Below, piece by piece: positions 58,871 to 64,000 of a stretch of DNA of 64,000 nucleotides; position 1 is the first letter of the stretch, and each line of letters begins with the position of its first letter. A program made the translations under genes and the position numbers. The stretch lies in NCBI GenBank assembly GCA_965219455.1, contig OZ244744.1, positions 5,312,001 to 5,376,000 of the forward strand, read 5' to 3'. Source of the stretch: Candidatus Latescibacterota bacterium. Its GTDB lineage: Bacteria; Latescibacterota; UBA2968; GCA-2709665. The notes beneath the pieces are model-generated. The model did no database searches. It saw only the letters and a list, made by a program, of their open reading frames with translations, and was not told the DNA's origin.

Positions 58871-60241
58871 ATGGGAAAATGCGAGACCGATGACGGCTAT
58901 CGGGGGATCTGGTGGTGGGACACACCCGTGGACAACGAGTACAAATACGTCTATTACAGCGGCGGATTTGCGACCTACACCGCGAAACACATTCCGCTCG
59001 CACACTATTCCGATACGGCACGTAAGACGTTTTTCTGTTACGGCGGGACGTACAAGCACAAGAACCAGATCCTGGCAATGGTCTCCTATTACGATCACGT
59101 CACCGGGAAGGTTCCGCGTCCGACCATCCTGATGGACAAAGGCACGGCCGACGCACACGACAACCCAGTCCTCATGCTGGACGAAAAGGGCTACATCTGG
59201 GTTTTCGTGAGTGCGCACGGAACCGTCAGACCCGCCTATATTTACAGGAGCGACGAGCCCTACTCCGTCGATGCATTCGAATGCGTGCTGGAAACGAATT
59301 TTTCCTATCCTCAGCCCTGGCATATAGCCGGCAATGGATTTCTGTTTCTGCACACAAGATACCTCGGAGGCCGGTTTCTCTACGCGCTCACCAGTCCGGA
59401 TGGCGCAAACTGGTCCGAACCCAGGGCGTTGTCGCGGATCTGCCAGGGTCACTATCAGGTCAGTTGGCGAGCCGGAAGGCGGGTGGGTACCGCGTTCAAC
59501 TACCATCCTGTCAAAAAGCCCGGTCCCCCCAGGACCAACCTGTATTACCTTCAGACAGACGATTTCGGCGATACCTGGAAGAATGCACGGGGAGAACGAA
59601 TGGACCTCCCTCTGGAAATTCCCCGAAATGGCGCGATCGTCCGGGACTACGAAGCACAGGGCCTGCAGGTGTTTGTGAAAGATCTGAATTTCGACGTTCA
59701 CGGTCATCCCGTCATCCTGATTCTCACCAGCCGCGGGATGGAGACCGGCCCCAATAACGACCCGCGAGTATGGACGACCGTTCGGTGGTCAGGTGATGCC
59801 TGGGAAATCAGAGATGCGTTCCCGTCGGACAATAACTATGACGCGGGCGGCCTTCATATCGAACCGGATGGGACCTGGCGAATTATCGCGCCTACCGAGA
59901 CGGGTCCTCAACCTTACAATACAGGCGGTGAGGTGGCGGTGTGGACCAGCGATGATGAGGGGGCCACGTGGGAGAAAACCCGCCTGGCTACCCGAAACAG
60001 CAACTTCAACCACACCTACGTGCGCCGTCCCGTAAACGCGCACCCGGAATTCTACGCGTTCTGGGCGGATGGACATGCGCGGGAACAGTCGGACTCCAGC
60101 CTTTATTTCTGCAGCAAGACCGGTGAACACGTGTTCCGGCTACCTGCTCTGATGACATTGGATCATCAGGAACCCGAGAGGGTGGTTTCCTTCACTGGCT
60201 CCGAGGGTCCCGCTGGCGCCAGTGAAGTGGGCGGTCGTTAA
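58871..60241 (+). CDS. BNR-4 repeat (sialidase-like beta-propeller) protein
   Basis: DAHDNP, FSYPQ, Asp-boxes TSPDGANW, TDDFGDTW, SDDEGATW. Confidence 0.85.
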   Translation: MGKCETDDGYRGIWWWDTPVDNEYKYVYYSGGFATYTAKHIPLAHYSDTARKTFFCYGGTYKHKNQILAMVSYYDHVTGKVPRPTILMDKGTADAHDNPVLMLDEKGYIWVFVSAHGTVRPAYIYRSDEPYSVDAFECVLETNFSYPQPWHIAGNGFLFLHTRYLGGRFLYALTSPDGANWSEPRALSRICQGHYQVSWRAGRRVGTAFNYHPVKKPGPPRTNLYYLQTDDFGDTWKNARGERMDLPLEIPRNGAIVRDYEAQGLQVFVKDLNFDVHGHPVILILTSRGMETGPNNDPRVWTTVRWSGDAWEIRDAFPSDNNYDAGGLHIEPDGTWRIIAPTETGPQPYNTGGEVAVWTSDDEGATWEKTRLATRNSNFNHTYVRRPVNAHPEFYAFWADGHAREQSDSSLYFCSKTGEHVFRLPALMTLDHQEPERVVSFTGSEGPAGASEVGGR

Positions 60242-60261
60242 CTGTCCGGAAAGGCGGTCAG

Positions 60262-61134
60262 ATGAAAGGTATCATTCTGTCGGGAGGGCTGGGAACCCGG
60301 CTTTACCCGCTCACGATTTCACTTTCAAAACAGATCATACCCATCTTCGACAAACCCATGATCTATTATCCGCTCTCGGTGCTGATGCTGGCCAATATCC
60401 GCGAATTCCTGATCATTTCGTCGCCTGAGCATATTGAGCTTTACCGAAACCTTTTGGGTGACGGCAGCCGCCTGGGTCTGCGGTTCGACTATGCGATCCA
60501 GCCCCGTCCGGAGGGCGTCGCGCAATCGTTTCTCATTGGGGAGGAATTCATCGACGGAGGGCCTTGTGCGCTTGTATTCGGGGATAATTTCTTCTACGGC
60601 CACGGTCTTTCCGGGTTGTTGGAGCACGCGGGCAGGCTCGATGAGGGCGGGTTGGTTTTCGCGTATTACGTGCAGGATCCCGAGCGATACGGTGTGGTTG
60701 AATTCGACGCTCACATGAACGTGGTGGGTATTGAAGAAAAACCGAAACGTCCGAGGTCGAATTATGCGGTGACCGGACTTTATTTCTATGATGGATGCGT
60801 GGTGGATATAGCGAAGGGATTGAAGCCTTCGGATCGCGGAGAATTGGAAATCACCGATATAAACAACGAATACCTCAAGCGGGGCAAATTACGTGCCCAG
60901 TTGCTGGGCAGGGGCATTGCGTATCTCGACACGGGAACCCACGAGAGCCTGCTGGAAGCGAGCAATTTTGTGCAGATTGTCGAGAACCGGCAGGGGTTGA
61001 AAATCGCGTGCCTGGAAGAAATCGCGTTTCGAAAAGGGTACATCAGCGCGAGGCAGCTTGAGGACATCGCGAATTATTCACAAGAAAATGAGTATTGTCA
61101 GTACCTGAAAAGGTTGCTAGCATCCGAAAACTGA
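60262..61134 (+). CDS. rfbA: Glucose-1-phosphate thymidylyltransferase
   Basis: MKGIILSGGLGTRLYP, EEKP, RGELEITD. Confidence 0.97.
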   Translation: MKGIILSGGLGTRLYPLTISLSKQIIPIFDKPMIYYPLSVLMLANIREFLIISSPEHIELYRNLLGDGSRLGLRFDYAIQPRPEGVAQSFLIGEEFIDGGPCALVFGDNFFYGHGLSGLLEHAGRLDEGGLVFAYYVQDPERYGVVEFDAHMNVVGIEEKPKRPRSNYAVTGLYFYDGCVVDIAKGLKPSDRGELEITDINNEYLKRGKLRAQLLGRGIAYLDTGTHESLLEASNFVQIVENRQGLKIACLEEIAFRKGYISARQLEDIANYSQENEYCQYLKRLLASEN

Positions 61135-61325
61135 TCCCGCTGATGGCAAAAACGGCCTCGAACCGACGGCCGCAAGTCATCCGGATAGCGACTTTAAAGG
61201 GTTCGGATACTATCGCTGAGATCTTCGGGTTTCCGCGGCCCGCCGGGGGCCGGGAGTTACGGACGAAATTTCGCGTGTCCCATGCACAACGTCACCGGCA
61301 TGCAAGTATCCACGGAAGCCTCTGA

Positions 61326-61664
61326 ATGATGCGAGCTTTCTGCATTATAGCACTTCTTGTGCCGCTTATCCGCTGTGGCAGCGCTCCGGTGGCGCCTGAA
61401 GACGCGATATTGGGTACGTGGAAGCTGACCCTCGCGAGGAACGAGCCGGTTACGGTGAATTATAGGCTGGTCTTCGAAAAAAACGGGATTTATACGTTCA
61501 TCAATACGATATTCGACGGAAGCCAGATAACGACAACCGGAAGTTGGCGAATCGAAAATCTTACCATTTACCTGGACAGCCTGGATTTCGGATTCTCCGT
61601 CGACAACGTCGAACTTACTCTGTACGCACGAGACGGCACTGTATTTGTCTATACGAAACAGTAG
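61326..61664 (+). CDS. Small exported/lipocalin-like hypothetical protein
   Basis: Signal peptide ending in Cys; ILGTWKL...TGSW motif. Confidence 0.6.
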   Translation: MMRAFCIIALLVPLIRCGSAPVAPEDAILGTWKLTLARNEPVTVNYRLVFEKNGIYTFINTIFDGSQITTTGSWRIENLTIYLDSLDFGFSVDNVELTLYARDGTVFVYTKQ

Positions 61665-61840
61665 TCGCGGATGGGATTTTCGACACAGGATGTGGAATGA
61701 TATAGGGGCGGCAAGGAATTGGCATCGAATGGTCATGTTCGAAAGACCGGAAGACAAAGATGCAGGGACGCGACGCGTGAACGATCCGCGCCGAGTCATG
61801 AAAGACCGGGTGGAGCGCCCCGGCTTTTCGAGGAGGGGCC

Positions 61841-63217
61841 ATGCGGGTTGATCCTTCCATCCGGCTGAGGGATCTGGATTCCAGACTGGACCGGTGTTTC
61901 GATCTTGCAGGACAAAAAGCCACGTCCGTTTCCGAGACATGGGATCCGGGGCGGGGGGCGCCGGTTTACACCGTTGGAGGGCAATACACCACACGGGGTT
62001 GGACGGAATGGACGCAGGGATTCCAGTTTGGCTGCGCGATATTGCTGTTCGACGCGTCAGGAGACCGGCAGTTTCTGGAAATCGGTCGCCGCGGGACGGT
62101 CGAACGGATGGCCGCACACGTGACCCACACAGGTGTGCACGACCACGGATTCAACAACATATCAACCTATGGCAACCTCAGGCGGCTGATGCGTGAAGGC
62201 GCGATATCGGGCGATCTGTGGGAACAGCACTTTTACGAGCTTGCACTGAAAGCATCCGGTGCGGTGCAGGGCGCGCGTTGGACGACGATTCGAGACGGGA
62301 AGGGGTTTATTCCCTCCTTTAACGGTGCCCACTCGCTGTTTTCAGACACGATCCGCACCTGCCGGTCCCTGGGGCTCGCACACAGTCTGGGCCACGTGTT
62401 GATGGTGGAGAACGACCGCGCGATTTCGCTCCTTGATCGCATGATCCAGCACGCGGAAACAACGGCGCGGTTCAATGTGTACTACGGCGACGGACGCGAT
62501 ATCTACGATACTCGAGGGCGGGTGGCGCATGAGTCTATTTTCAACGTGGAGGACGGAAATTATCGTTGTCCAGGCACCCAACAGGGATATTCGCCCTTTT
62601 CCACGTGGACGCGAGGCCTTGCATGGGTGGTAACGGGATATGCCGAACTGCTTGAATTTCTCGAGGTCGTCGTCGATGAGGACCTTTCGGCTTGCGGCGG
62701 TCGGGAACACATAACGGGAATCATGACAAAGGCGGCAACAGCGACCGCTGACTACTTCGTTGATGGCGCGTCCGCGGCCGACGGTATACCGTACTGGGAT
62801 ACCGGCGCCCCCGGGTTGGCCCGAATGGGAGACTATCTTGGTCGGTCGGCGGATCCGTTCAACGAATTTGAACCCGTGGACAGTTCAGCCGCTGCTATTG
62901 CGGCTCAGGGCCTCTACCGGTTGGGCAAGTACCTGGACGGAGAGGCCGGCGCGTATTACAGGAGGGCGGCGTTAACGGTCGCACGCACGCTATTCGACGC
63001 CCCGTACCTGTCCGACGATGAGGATCACCAGGGATTGATCCTGCATTCCGTATATCACCGACCCAACGGCTGGGACCGTCGTCGGGCGACGCAGCGAGTG
63101 CCAAATGGAGAGGCTTCCATGTGGGGAGACTATCACGCACTGGAACTGGCGGTACTGCTTAAGCGTGAAATTACCGGGGAGCCCTATTTGACGTTCTTCG
63201 ATCGGACGACGGAATAA
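61841..63217 (+). CDS. Glycoside hydrolase family 88 (unsaturated glucuronyl hydrolase-like)
   Basis: WTQGF, HDHGF, WTRGLAW, PYWD, DSSAAAI, WGDY. Confidence 0.85.
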   Translation: MRVDPSIRLRDLDSRLDRCFDLAGQKATSVSETWDPGRGAPVYTVGGQYTTRGWTEWTQGFQFGCAILLFDASGDRQFLEIGRRGTVERMAAHVTHTGVHDHGFNNISTYGNLRRLMREGAISGDLWEQHFYELALKASGAVQGARWTTIRDGKGFIPSFNGAHSLFSDTIRTCRSLGLAHSLGHVLMVENDRAISLLDRMIQHAETTARFNVYYGDGRDIYDTRGRVAHESIFNVEDGNYRCPGTQQGYSPFSTWTRGLAWVVTGYAELLEFLEVVVDEDLSACGGREHITGIMTKAATATADYFVDGASAADGIPYWDTGAPGLARMGDYLGRSADPFNEFEPVDSSAAAIAAQGLYRLGKYLDGEAGAYYRRAALTVARTLFDAPYLSDDEDHQGLILHSVYHRPNGWDRRRATQRVPNGEASMWGDYHALELAVLLKREITGEPYLTFFDRTTE

Positions 63218-63325
63218 CGGCCCGAAAAGACGAATATCTGGGTGCGGTGTTCGACTGGAGCCGTGTCTGAAACAGAAATCCATTTCGGTCTTCGAAAACG
63301 ATCGCGGGCACTGAGGCGAGAGACT

Positions 63326-64000
63326 ATGAAGCGCAAATTGAACACAGTCAAACCATGGGTAGGGCGGAAAGCGGGATCGAAGACGTTCGGATACGCACCG
63401 ATGGTCATACTGGTAATTGTATTGTGTTCGGCACCTGCGCGGAGTGGAGAAGCAACACCGTTCGATTTCGGACCGCTGGACCGCCTGTTGGGAAAGTTTG
63501 TGGATTCAAGGGGATGGGTTGACTACGCCGGCATAAAGGCCGAGCCGGCCGAACTCCGGCATTTGTTGGCCCGCCTGAGGGAGGTAAGCCCGGAGAGCCA
63601 TCCTGCGATGTTTTCCGAGCGGGAAGATCGGCTGGCATATTGGATCAACGCGTACAACGCGCTTGTGATTAGCGGGGTGGCCAATGCGTATCCCGTAACG
63701 AGCGTCAAGGAGATCCATCCACAGCCCGGATTCTTCAAGGTATACCACGTCCTCGGTGGAAAGTCCTATTCACTGGATAATATTGAACACAAGATCATCC
63801 GGAAAAAGTTTGGAGATCCTCGTATCCATGCCGCATTGAATTGTGCCGCTGCATCCTGTCCCAGGTTGCGACCGGAGGCATTCCGTTCCGAGCAACTCGA
63901 AAATCAGCTGGAGGCTGCCGTTAGGGACTTCATCCGCGATCCGCGGCATGTCAAGGTGGACCGAGACAGCGGGACTTTGGTCCTTTCGAAAATTCTTGAA
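63326..64000 (+). CDS. DUF547 domain protein (partial, runs off window end; absent from the ORF track)
   Basis: Open frame from ATG 63326 with VDYAG, LAYWINAYNA, SLDNIEH, DPRIHAALNCAAASCPRL. Confidence 0.88.
   Translation, partial: MKRKLNTVKPWVGRKAGSKTFGYAPMVILVIVLCSAPARSGEATPFDFGPLDRLLGKFVDSRGWVDYAGIKAEPAELRHLLARLREVSPESHPAMFSEREDRLAYWINAYNALVISGVANAYPVTSVKEIHPQPGFFKVYHVLGGKSYSLDNIEHKIIRKKFGDPRIHAALNCAAASCPRLRPEAFRSEQLENQLEAAVRDFIRDPRHVKVDRDSGTLVLSKILE

Overview
Bacterial chromosome window with two parts. (1) About 1-19.7 kb is an accessory region ending at the 3' end of an initiator tRNA-Met. It holds an IS1380-type transposase end inserted into a nonsense-interrupted fused restriction-modification gene, a GIY-YIG nuclease, a Yip1-like membrane protein and an IS3 remnant. 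It also holds two tandem cassettes of a secreted cohesin/dockerin-like, plant-type LRR protein plus a cohesin/FlgD-type partner, and a duplicated module (small RNA + palindrome-bearing promoter + Rpn nuclease + repeat tail) next to different cargo genes. (2) About 19.8-64 kb is mostly ordinary: CBS-ybeY-7TM/HD-phoH, LysM and lipoprotein genes, aspS, hisS, an rnhB-yraN fusion, an ABC exporter pair, many catabolic enzymes (SDRs, two hydantoinase/oxoprolinase pairs, Gfo, Ldh_2, PhyH, Fe-ADH), tRNA-Gly, rmlA, GH88 and DUF547. Domain content suggests an FCB-group (Latescibacterota-like), possibly host-associated organism; this is inference only. The most novel signal is a duplicated ~115-120 nt RNA that I could not match to a known family from memory. 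It has its own TTGACA-17-TATnTT promoter, one compensatory base pair and an intrinsic terminator, and lies antisense to a palindrome-overlapped promoter facing the cargo genes. All annotation was by eye; no searches or folding programs were run.
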